A DNA stretch of 64,000 nt from Clostridia bacterium. Its GTDB lineage: Bacteria > Bacillota > Clostridia > Oscillospirales > CAG-272. The notes under the pieces are model-generated. The model did no database searches and was not told the origin of the DNA. It was given only the letters and a program-made list of their open reading frames with translations. Within the stretch, counting starts at the first letter, position 1; each line of letters opens with the position of its first letter. Of the stretch, positions 55,493-64,000 are shown in pieces. Both the position numbers and the translations under genes were made by a program. Location: the NCBI GenBank assembly GCA_017504995.1, contig JAFVQC010000048.1, positions 58,946 to 122,945 of the forward strand. Direction: 5' to 3'.

Positions 55493-56800
55493 TTACTGCT
55501 GTTCTTCCATTTGTTTCTTTTTGTGCAGTGCGTGGAGCGCCTCGTGGCGAGCGCTGGTTTTGTGCTCGGGCTTGATCTCTCCCGCCTTCATCAGGGAGAT
55601 CTTCGTCAGAAGCGGTCCGACGATCTCATAGATCAGTACCGCAAACAGGGTGATCTGGGCGACGATGGCGCCGTCTGCCCCAAGCGTCTGAGCCTTGATC
55701 GCCATGCCGAGGGCGACGCCTGCCTGAGGAAGCAGAGTGATACCCAAATATTTGACGATAGGGGGATCGCATTTGGTTGCCCTTGAGCTGATCGATGCGC
55801 CAAGGTATTTTCCCGCGGAACGGGCAATGACGTAAGCGACGCCGATCAGAACGATCGCGAGATCGGTAAAGACCGACAGCTCCAGCTCCGCGCCGCTGAG
55901 CACGAAGAAGAGAATGAACAGAGGTGCGGTCCAACGATCCACGCGGTCCATCAGCTCCTCGGATACGTCGCAGAAGTTACAGAACATGGTTCCGAGCATC
56001 ATGCAGACCAGCAGAGAGGAGAAGGAGATATGTACGCCCCCGATCCTGAACTTGATCATGGAGAGGGCGACGGTGAGAAACACGAAGGTGACCGACATGG
56101 AAAGACGCTTGGAACGGGAGTGGAAGAAGCGTTCAAAGAAGGTGAACAAGAGACCCATGACAAGTCCCAGCAAGAGGGAGAGAGCCACCTCAAGGATCGG
56201 CTCGACCAGAATCGAAACCAAGCTTAGTCCCTCGGTGGAGCGCATTGCCTTTGCCACGCCGAAGGAGATGGCGAACAGAATGAGACCCACCGCGTCGTCC
56301 AAGGCGACGATGGGGAGCAGAATATCGGTCAGAGGTCCCTTTGCCTTATACTGACGGACGACCATCAGCGTTGCGGCGGGGGCGGTTGCGGAAGCTACCG
56401 CGCCCAGCACGATGGCGGCGGGGAGAGGGAGCTTATCGGGCATCAGGAAATGCAGTCCGATAAAGATCGCGTCTACCAGGAGGGTGGTGAACACCGCTTG
56501 GAAAATGCCGATAATAGTTGCTTGTCTGCCCGTTTTTTTCAATTGAGACAGACGGAATTCGTTTCCGATGGAAAAGGCGATAAAGCCCAGCGCCACGTCG
56601 GCGAGCAGAGAATAGGATTTTACGTCTGCCATGCTGACGAAGCCCAAGCCCTTCACGCCCAGCGCGCCGAGAACGTAGGGACCCACGAGGATACCCGCGA
56701 TCAGATAGGCGGTAACGGCGGGGAGCTTGACGAGCTTGGCGAGACGGGACAGCATAAGTCCTGCGAACAGCGCCACGGATAAGCTGAGTAGAATCTGCAT
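55493..56800 (-). CDS. cation:proton antiporter (CPA family)
   Basis: ~435 aa, polytopic. N-terminal ..LPAVTAYLIAGILVGP.. is typical of Na+/H+ exchanger family proteins. ATG 56800 follows GGAGG. Confidence 0.85.
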   Translation of the reverse strand: MQILLSLSVALFAGLMLSRLAKLVKLPAVTAYLIAGILVGPYVLGALGVKGLGFVSMADVKSYSLLADVALGFIAFSIGNEFRLSQLKKTGRQATIIGIFQAVFTTLLVDAIFIGLHFLMPDKLPLPAAIVLGAVASATAPAATLMVVRQYKAKGPLTDILLPIVALDDAVGLILFAISFGVAKAMRSTEGLSLVSILVEPILEVALSLLLGLVMGLLFTFFERFFHSRSKRLSMSVTFVFLTVALSMIKFRIGGVHISFSSLLVCMMLGTMFCNFCDVSEELMDRVDRWTAPLFILFFVLSGAELELSVFTDLAIVLIGVAYVIARSAGKYLGASISSRATKCDPPIVKYLGITLLPQAGVALGMAIKAQTLGADGAIVAQITLFAVLIYEIVGPLLTKISLMKAGEIKPEHKTSARHEALHALHKKKQMEEQQ

Positions 56801-57023
56801 AGAAGCCTCCAAAATAGTTACATTATTATATAAGACGTGAGATACGGAATGCGCGATCGGTTCGCGGGTTTCCCCAAACCTTACAGATTATAGCACTTTT
56901 CCCAAGGGAAGTCAAGCCTAAGTTGAAAAATATTTTGGGTTTTTTGAAATTATGATAACAAAAGCAGGCGTAGCCGCAAGAAAGCCTCGCGGCTACGCCC
57001 TTCGTCATAAAATACGGATTGCT

Positions 57024-57857
57024 CTACTGCCGTTCGTCCTCTTCCTTTTCTTCCTCCTGTTCATTTTCCAAGGGTTGGAAAACGTCGTGGTTGCTGTTGA
57101 GATATTCCTTTCGCATCTGGGTGGGGGTAATGTTATAGAAATCGCGGAAGGTATTGGAAAAATAATAGGCGTTGTTGTAGCCGCAACGGGCGGCGATTTC
57201 GTTGACGGGCAAGTTGGTATGCAGAAGCATATTTTTGGCAGACCCGAGACGGATCATGGTCAGGTATTGGGACAGGGTGTATTGGGTATAGCGCTTGAAC
57301 TTCCACAATAGCCCCACGTGGCTCAGGTGGACCTGCGCGGCAAGGCTATCCATGTCGATTTTTTCATGGAAATGATCGTTCATGTACTGAATGACCTGTA
57401 AAATATCATCGGGATATTCGGTGACGGTTGGAAGGGCGGTCTTTTGACGAAGATGGTTTTCCACGAAGATCGTCTCAATGTTGTGATGCAACAGCTCCGC
57501 GTTGGCGGGCAGACGGGCAATGATCTGCATATTTTCCACGATCCGCTTTACGTGATCCTTGGGGATATTAAGCTTGCCCGGTTGAAGGCGTTTATAAAAA
57601 GGATGGGTGAGATCCGCGGAGAAGGCGAACTGATGGAAGCTGATGGGCTGAATGACGCTTCTGCGAAAGCGGACGTTGGCGGGGAAATAGACGATTTCAT
57701 TCTCCTCGGCGATATGCTCCTCGTTGCTTCCCTCAAAGGTAAAGCGAAAGGAGCCCGCGCTGATGATCAGAAAAACGTCCCAAGGACGCTTGGCTGATTC
57801 CTGTTCAAAAAAATCCCGATTCGTAAAGGTATTGTAAAAGATTTGCTTGATCCGCAC
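57024..57857 (-). CDS. AraC family transcriptional regulator
   Basis: C-terminal double HTH ..LSQYLTMIRLGSAKNMLLHTNLPVNEIAARCGYNNAYYFSNTFR... GTG start after AGGAGGGG. Confidence 0.9.
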   Translation of the reverse strand: MRIKQIFYNTFTNRDFFEQESAKRPWDVFLIISAGSFRFTFEGSNEEHIAEENEIVYFPANVRFRRSVIQPISFHQFAFSADLTHPFYKRLQPGKLNIPKDHVKRIVENMQIIARLPANAELLHHNIETIFVENHLRQKTALPTVTEYPDDILQVIQYMNDHFHEKIDMDSLAAQVHLSHVGLLWKFKRYTQYTLSQYLTMIRLGSAKNMLLHTNLPVNEIAARCGYNNAYYFSNTFRDFYNITPTQMRKEYLNSNHDVFQPLENEQEEEKEEDERQ

Positions 57858-58051
57858 GGTAGACCCCTCCTAAAAAGCACTATAAAAAATTATATCTTTA
57901 TTATAAATTATCGTATTGCATTTGTCAAGAGTTTGTGGTAAAATAATGATGGATTCGAAGCTTTTTATAGCTTTGTCACAAATTTTTTAAAAAATTGGGA
58001 GATTCATTCCGCAAGTTGCTGTTAAGGCGGAATGAAAGCAAGGAGGGTCCA

Positions 58052-59857
58052 ATGAACGACAAATTGATGAAAAAAACATTAGAGTGTGATCTTTGCGTAA
58101 TCGGCGGTGGCTTGTCCGGTTCCTTTGCGGCGCTGGCGGCGGCTCGTCACGGCGCGAAGGTTATTCTGATGCAGGACAGACCGATGCTGGGCGGTAACGC
58201 ATCCTCGGAGATCCGTATGTGGGTTCGAGGCGCGGCAAAAGACTGTGGTAAGCTTGCCAGAGAGACGGGTCTGATCTCCGAGCTGGAGGAGCGCAATATT
58301 TATTACAACCCCACGCTGGTCAGCACGTCCTTTGACGCCACGCTGTACGGCTTGGTCAACGAGAACGAAAACGTTCAGCTTCTGATGAACACCAGCTGTA
58401 TGGATGCCGAGATGGACGGAAACAAGATCGTTTCGGTAACGGGCTGGCAGATGACCACCTATACCATGATCACCGTCAAGGCGAAGCTCTTTATGGACTG
58501 CTCGGGCGACAGTATTCTCGCACCTCTTACGGGAGCAGAGTACCGCGTAGGCAGAGAGGCAAAGTCCGAGTTTGGCGAGGAGCTTGCCAAGGACGTTGCC
58601 GACAGAAGAACCATGGGTATGTCGGTTCTTCTCGCAGCGCGCGAGACCGATCACCCCGTAAAGTTCACTCCCCCTCCTTTCGCAAATATCTATCCCACCG
58701 ACGAGTGCTTCACGGGTGAGATGGGACGCGCCCACGAGCTGGGACGCGAGCATAACATCGAAACCAGCGGCGGCAACCTGTGGTGGGTCGAGCTTGGCGG
58801 CGAGATGGATTCCATTCACGACGCGGATAGAGTCAGAGAAGAGCTTTTGGCTTGCATCTACGGCGTATGGGATCACATCAAGAACCAAGGCGACCACGGC
58901 AAGGAAAACTGGGATCTGGAGTGGGTCGGTTTCCTCCCCGGTAAGCGCGAATCCCGCAGATACGTGGGCGATCTCATTATGACCGAGCACGATCTCGTGT
59001 CGGGCGGACGCTTCGAGGACGAGGTTGCTTACGGCGGATGGCCCATTGACGATCATAACCCCTACGGAATGAGAAGAAACGCGGAGGAGCAGGTGGCGTC
59101 GATTTCGACTCCCGTGAAAGAGCCATACGGCATTTCGCTTCGCACGCTCCACTCCAAGAATATTGATAACCTGATGTTCGCGGGACGCAACATCAGCGTC
59201 AGCCACGTAGCGCTCTCCAGTACGAGAGTAATGGCTACCTGCTCCCTGATCGGTCAGGCTGCGGGAACGGCAGCGGCTACCTCGCTGAAATACGGCATCA
59301 CGCCTCGCCAGACCGCAAACAAGCATTACGCCGAGGTTCAGCGCCAGCTGATGGACGACGGCGTGTTCCTGCCTCACGTGCTTCGTAAGACCAACGAGAA
59401 GCTCGTGGGCGCGAAGTTCAACGTATCCGACGCGGAGAAGGCGCTTCTGCTCAACGGACGCGACAGACCTGTCAGCGAGGCAGAGGAAGGCGGCGTTTGG
59501 CAGAACGTGGGCGACTCGCTGTGCATGAACTTCGGTAAGAAGGAAAAGCTAGGCACGCTTCGTCTCGTGATGGACCCCGACTTCTCCAGAATGACCATTT
59601 CCCAGAACTTCAAGATGCGCGTATTCTGTCAGAAGCTTCATACGGGTAAGGACTTCGTACCCGTAACGGTGGCAAACACCATCGTCAAGAGCTTTGAGGT
59701 TTACGCAGACGGTAAGCTGGTATGGAGCACCGATGACAACTTCCGTTCCTTCGTCAAGATTCCTTTGAATCTGGAAGCGAGCGAGATCTGCGTCAAGTGG
59801 CTGGAAACCAGAGGCGCGGAGAAGGTACATTTGTTCTCCGTGGACTTGCTTGACTGA
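58052..59857 (+). CDS. FAD-dependent oxidoreductase
   Basis: N-terminal dinucleotide-binding motif DLCVIGGGLSGSFAALAAARHGAKV. Start at the Met after AGGAGGG. Confidence 0.8.
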   Translation: MNDKLMKKTLECDLCVIGGGLSGSFAALAAARHGAKVILMQDRPMLGGNASSEIRMWVRGAAKDCGKLARETGLISELEERNIYYNPTLVSTSFDATLYGLVNENENVQLLMNTSCMDAEMDGNKIVSVTGWQMTTYTMITVKAKLFMDCSGDSILAPLTGAEYRVGREAKSEFGEELAKDVADRRTMGMSVLLAARETDHPVKFTPPPFANIYPTDECFTGEMGRAHELGREHNIETSGGNLWWVELGGEMDSIHDADRVREELLACIYGVWDHIKNQGDHGKENWDLEWVGFLPGKRESRRYVGDLIMTEHDLVSGGRFEDEVAYGGWPIDDHNPYGMRRNAEEQVASISTPVKEPYGISLRTLHSKNIDNLMFAGRNISVSHVALSSTRVMATCSLIGQAAGTAAATSLKYGITPRQTANKHYAEVQRQLMDDGVFLPHVLRKTNEKLVGAKFNVSDAEKALLLNGRDRPVSEAEEGGVWQNVGDSLCMNFGKKEKLGTLRLVMDPDFSRMTISQNFKMRVFCQKLHTGKDFVPVTVANTIVKSFEVYADGKLVWSTDDNFRSFVKIPLNLEASEICVKWLETRGAEKVHLFSVDLLD

Positions 59858-59885
59858 TTATCGTCAAGCATAGGAGGGAACGCCA

Positions 59886-60731
59886 ATGAAGCTTACTTAT
59901 TACGGTACGGGCGCGGGCGCGGGCATTCCCGAGATCTTCTGCGACTGCCGCGTGTGCCGATACGCGAGAGAGAAGGGCGGCAAGGAGATTCGCTCCCGTT
60001 CTCAGGCGGTGATCGACGGCGTGCTTAGCATTGATTATCCCGTGGATACCTTTCTGCATACCGCCTTTTACGGTCTGGATATGAGAAAGGTCAAGAACGT
60101 GCTGATCACCCACGGTCACCACGATCACTATCTGCCCGCGGATATTTTCAGCCGCGCGGTGGGTATGACCGAGCCGGTCACCTTCCATCTTCCAGTCCCC
60201 ACGGCGGCAGGACTGAAAAAGTCGGCGGAAGCCCGCGAGGAATCCTTCCGCAACGGACGGACGAGAACCAACGAGGTGCTGGTGGCGGTGAAGGAGCTGG
60301 AGATGTTCACCCCCGTGGATATCGACAAGTATCACGTGATCCCCGTAAAGGCGCGCCACGGCGCTGAATCGCTGTACGCCATGAACTTCATCATTCAGGC
60401 AGAGGGAAAGAATATTTTCTGGGCGCACGACGCGGGACTTCCCCGAACGGTGACCAAGGACTACCTGAAGGAGTCGGGCATTCTGTTTGACTTCGTTTCC
60501 TTGGACTGCACCCTGAAAAGAGGCAATCCCATTACCGGCGGCCACATGGATCTGGACCGTTGCCTTGAGACGCTGCGGATTCTCCGCGAGTGTGGCAACG
60601 TGGACGATCATACGGTGGTGGCGTTGAGCCATATCGGACATCTGGTGGAGCAGACCCACGAGGAATTGGTTGCCGAGGCAGCCGAATACGGCATCCTGGT
60701 CGCTTACGACGGTATGACGATTGAGATCTGA
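59886..60731 (+). CDS. MBL-fold metallo-hydrolase
   Basis: HGHHDH motif in ..VLITHGHHDHY.. 281 aa. Confidence 0.8.
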   Translation: MKLTYYGTGAGAGIPEIFCDCRVCRYAREKGGKEIRSRSQAVIDGVLSIDYPVDTFLHTAFYGLDMRKVKNVLITHGHHDHYLPADIFSRAVGMTEPVTFHLPVPTAAGLKKSAEAREESFRNGRTRTNEVLVAVKELEMFTPVDIDKYHVIPVKARHGAESLYAMNFIIQAEGKNIFWAHDAGLPRTVTKDYLKESGILFDFVSLDCTLKRGNPITGGHMDLDRCLETLRILRECGNVDDHTVVALSHIGHLVEQTHEELVAEAAEYGILVAYDGMTIEI

Positions 60732-60858
60732 GGATCTCACAAAGCGGTATTTTGTCACGGAGAAGGAATAGGAACGGATTCTTTTGACCGTGTTTCAAAA
60801 TAAGGCATTCTTTCCGAGTGCCACATAAATAAAAAAATCTATAGAAAGGATGATTATT

Positions 60859-62382
60859 ATGCAAAAACAAACCAAGCTATGGATGAGAGTACTGTCGCTT
60901 ACCTTGGTCGTGTTCATGCTGGGCTCGATGCTTCTCGCTTGTAAGAAGAAGGATGAGGGCGCTGCGGATACCACGAACGGCGGCGACGTAGTCAATTCCG
61001 ACAATGGGGAAAAGAACGTACTGGATGGCGTTCGCTATAACGGCGAAATCATTCGCGTATACGGTTGGATTCCCTCTAACATCGACGAGCAGGTCGAGGA
61101 ATTCAGTGCTGACCTCGGCGTTGTAGAGCAGAACGTCTATAAGAGATTGGACGAAACGAAGAAGCAGCTCAACATCAACGTCGAGTGGAAAGAAGAAAAA
61201 CACGGTACGACGTTCATTCAGAACGTTGCTAACGCAAACACGACGGGCGGTTACGACGTCGTTGCGTGCTATTCGATGAACGCTACGTCTTTGACGACGC
61301 AGGGCGTTGCGAAGAACCTGCTTGCCTACAACACCATGGACTTTAGCGAGCCTTGCTGGCCCGCGGATATGGTGGACCAGACCCAGATGTTCAACAAGCT
61401 GTACTTCTGTACGGGTGACATCTCCACCAACCTGATCTTTATGACCTCTCTGGTTTTTGTGAATCTGGACATGGTTTCCACCTGGAACATCAACCAGAAG
61501 ATTCAGGAGCTGTACGGTGAGGAGGACATTTATGATCTCGTCAGAGAAGGCAAATGGACCTACGACGCAATGTTCAAGCTGACGGAGGGTATCTGGAGAG
61601 ATTCGGACAACTCGGGAGGACGTACCAAGACGGATACCTACGGTCTGGGTACGTACTCTACGTTGCTCTGTAACTTCTACGCAGGCGCGGGCTACAGCCT
61701 TCTGGAGTCGGACGAGGCGGGTCTGTACGTATCCGAGGACTACACGAACGTAGACTCGATCGAAAAGCTTCTGAAGTACGTCAACGAGAACCTTTACGAA
61801 AGCGGATACTGCCGCTATTTTGACGGCAGCTTCGAGGATACGAGAAACAACTTCTCGGCAGGACTCAACCTGTTCAGCCTTGCTCCCGCTTCTCACGCGT
61901 ATGTGACGCACTATCACACGGATAACTTGAACTACGCCGCGCTTCCCGTTCCGAAGTACGACGCAGCGCAAGAGAAATACTCTTCTTGGCACTCCAACCC
62001 CTACACCAACTACGTTGTAGCGTCGGGTTCGGCAAACGCTCATATTGCCGCTTCCTTCCTGCAATGTCTGGCGCAGTGGTCCTACGACACCACGAGAATC
62101 GCGATCTTTGAGAACACCATGAAGGCTCGTTTCGCTCAAGGTGACGGCGATATTGCGGAGATGTGGGAAATGATCGTGGATTCTCAAACCTTCGACCTCG
62201 GAAGAATCTTCCAGCAGTCCTTGCAGCGCGGCGGTAACGGTCTGTACCTCACGAACCTGTTTAACGCTAAGCTGGAAGACCAGCGTTCCGACTGGGCGAA
62301 CGTGATGGACTCCTACGAGCAGGAGCTGAAGGATCTGGTAGCGGGCTTGAACGTCACGCTTCAGGGACTTCCCCAAGAGTAA
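60859..62382 (+). CDS. extracellular solute-binding lipoprotein (ABC-type, sugar-like)
   Basis: Signal peptide with lipobox LLAC. Size and composition are typical of family-1 sugar-binding proteins. No permease genes are visible in the window. Confidence 0.6.
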   Translation: MQKQTKLWMRVLSLTLVVFMLGSMLLACKKKDEGAADTTNGGDVVNSDNGEKNVLDGVRYNGEIIRVYGWIPSNIDEQVEEFSADLGVVEQNVYKRLDETKKQLNINVEWKEEKHGTTFIQNVANANTTGGYDVVACYSMNATSLTTQGVAKNLLAYNTMDFSEPCWPADMVDQTQMFNKLYFCTGDISTNLIFMTSLVFVNLDMVSTWNINQKIQELYGEEDIYDLVREGKWTYDAMFKLTEGIWRDSDNSGGRTKTDTYGLGTYSTLLCNFYAGAGYSLLESDEAGLYVSEDYTNVDSIEKLLKYVNENLYESGYCRYFDGSFEDTRNNFSAGLNLFSLAPASHAYVTHYHTDNLNYAALPVPKYDAAQEKYSSWHSNPYTNYVVASGSANAHIAASFLQCLAQWSYDTTRIAIFENTMKARFAQGDGDIAEMWEMIVDSQTFDLGRIFQQSLQRGGNGLYLTNLFNAKLEDQRSDWANVMDSYEQELKDLVAGLNVTLQGLPQE

Positions 62383-62431
62383 TATTCCAAACGCATTTTA
62401 CAAAATCTGAAAAGAAAGAAGGAATCATCAA

Positions 62432-64000
62432 ATGAAAAAGTTATTTGCACTTCTTCTTGCAGCAACCATGTTGCTTTGCACCGTCCCCTTCGTCGTTTCG
62501 GCAGACACTGCTGAACCGTCTTTCACCCCGGTTAGCAGTCTTGCTGACTTTTACTGGGTAAAGGGTGACGGAACCACCGATAACCCCTACGAGCTTACCA
62601 ACGCTTTGGGCGGTGAGAACAACTACAAGCTGACGGCTGACATCGTTTTCGGCAACGAGACCAAGGTTGTTTTGCAGAGAGTGGTTAAGAACACCGAAAC
62701 CGAGGAATACGAGCCCATGCTTGACGCAACCACGCAGCAGCCCCTGACCTACGAGTGGACCTTCGCGGCTCTGGATCGCGGTCTGATCGACGGCGACTTC
62801 GAGGGTATCTTCGACGGCGACGGTCACTCCATCATTTACACGGGTACCTTTAAGAAAGAATCCTCCGGTGGATTCTTCTTCAACGGCACGTTCAAGGGTA
62901 CGCTGAAGAACCTGACCATCGGTAGCAAGGATCAGCCCACTGACGTGTTCTTGGGTAAGCCGAGTGGCGGTTCTAACTGCGGCGTGCTTGGCGCACAGAC
63001 GGGTTACGCAGACCCCCTGCCTTCTCTTGAAAACGTCGTAGTGTACGCTGACCTTGAGGTTCAGGGACAGGGTTCGAGAAACGCCGGCTTCTTGTTCGGT
63101 AAGACCCTTGCGGGCGTAAGCTTCAACAACGTTCGTTGCTACGGTACGCTGGAGATTGGACAGACCAAGGATGGCCAGACCATGGGTATCGGCGGTATGG
63201 TAGGTATGCACGTTTGCAACGCAGGCGACGGCGGCCCCATCAAGTTCAACAACTGCTACACCGACGTTGATATTACGGCTCCCGCGATGGTCGAAGGCAG
63301 CCTGAAGGCGAAGGAAGGTTCCTCCGGCGTAGGCGGTCTGGTTGGCGTTAACAACTGCAAAAACGCAGATACCGAGTTCTACGCTACCAACTGCGTGACC
63401 GTTGGCGATCTGCCCGAGATTACGGGACTTACCGTTGGCGCGGGCAAGCTGCTTGGTAACGTCGTGAGCAACGCAGGCAAGACTGCTGAAGAGTTGACCA
63501 TCCTTACCGACTGCCAGAAGCCCATTATGAACGCGGTAGGCGCATCCATCAAGATCGCTGACGGTACTCTCCGTTTCCGTGTTAGCGTTGCGGTTTACAA
63601 CGCATACGTTGATATGTACGGCGCGGATAACGTCAAGGTCGGTGTGATCTATGCTGAAAAGGCTACGGCTGAGACCCTTGGCGAAAACTTCAAGATCGAT
63701 CCGCTAAACAACGACATAACCAACGTTGTAGTTGCCGAGCTTGACAACGGAAACATTTACGCAGACGTGGCTGCTACCGCAAATTCCTATGGCACCGAGT
63801 ACACGGCTTTGGGTTACATTCAGTACACCACCGACGGCACGACTTGGACCACCGAGTACGCTGAGGCAAGCACCACCAGAAGCGTATCCGCAGTCGCTAC
63901 GGCAGCGCTCGCAGACGTAGCGGACGTTCAAGGAAACGGATACGGCTACGCAACCGCGGACGGCAAGTATTGCTTCTACACTGCTGAACAGCAGACCAAG
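62432..64000 (+). CDS. secreted protein with GLUG-like (GGxVG) repeats, 3'-truncated by the window edge (not in the ORF track)
   Basis: Hand translation in frame 2 is open for all 523 codons to nt 64000. Signal peptide MKKLFALLLAATMLLCTVPFVVSA. Motifs GIGGMVG and GVGGLVG. AAGGAA RBS. Confidence 0.75.
   Translation, partial: MKKLFALLLAATMLLCTVPFVVSADTAEPSFTPVSSLADFYWVKGDGTTDNPYELTNALGGENNYKLTADIVFGNETKVVLQRVVKNTETEEYEPMLDATTQQPLTYEWTFAALDRGLIDGDFEGIFDGDGHSIIYTGTFKKESSGGFFFNGTFKGTLKNLTIGSKDQPTDVFLGKPSGGSNCGVLGAQTGYADPLPSLENVVVYADLEVQGQGSRNAGFLFGKTLAGVSFNNVRCYGTLEIGQTKDGQTMGIGGMVGMHVCNAGDGGPIKFNNCYTDVDITAPAMVEGSLKAKEGSSGVGGLVGVNNCKNADTEFYATNCVTVGDLPEITGLTVGAGKLLGNVVSNAGKTAEELTILTDCQKPIMNAVGASIKIADGTLRFRVSVAVYNAYVDMYGADNVKVGVIYAEKATAETLGENFKIDPLNNDITNVVVAELDNGNIYADVAATANSYGTEYTALGYIQYTTDGTTWTTEYAEASTTRSVSAVATAALADVADVQGNGYGYATADGKYCFYTAEQQTK

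Overview
Chromosomal segment of a spore-forming, moderately GC-rich Firmicute (Clostridia-like; taxon not determinable from this window). Left to right: the 3' part of a SigE-like sporulation sigma gene, rpmE, hflX, an orphan GerA-family germination gene, an oxidoreductase and lepA. Then comes the complete S10-spc-alpha ribosomal-protein superoperon (rpsJ to rplQ, including secY, adk, map, infA, rpmJ, rpoA; 8.4-24.2 kb). It is followed by a minus-strand maf-mreB cluster, a MATE exporter, an M20 amidohydrolase, hemW, a DUF1292 gene, a TepA/ClpP-like protease, pduL, an SGNH hydrolase and a NifU-like/GGGtGRT gene pair. At 35.7-48.8 kb a ~12.9-kb visibly AT-rich integrative island sits in the 3' end of the GGGtGRT gene, bounded by ~230-250-bp direct repeats. 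The island carries a GmrSD-type (DUF262/DUF1524) nuclease and a tyrosine integrase. Next is a consensus promoter plus a highly structured ~200-nt RNA/leader, feeding a two-gene operon of membrane/coiled-coil proteins with no recognisable domains. The island also holds a small serine recombinase, a Rep-like gene flanked by iteron-like repeats, two small paralogous ORFs and a SIR2-like/P-loop NTPase/TPR protein (Avs5-like architecture). The right flank has a LysR regulator, aspA, an ABC exporter, a secreted SGNH lipoprotein, a cation/proton antiporter, an AraC regulator and a putative glycan-utilisation cluster. No rRNA, tRNA or CRISPR array was seen. Host intergenic regions contain two families of palindromic repeats. 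The best candidates for something undescribed are inside the island: the structured RNA plus membrane-protein operon, and the small paralog pair next to the SIR2-NTPase gene.
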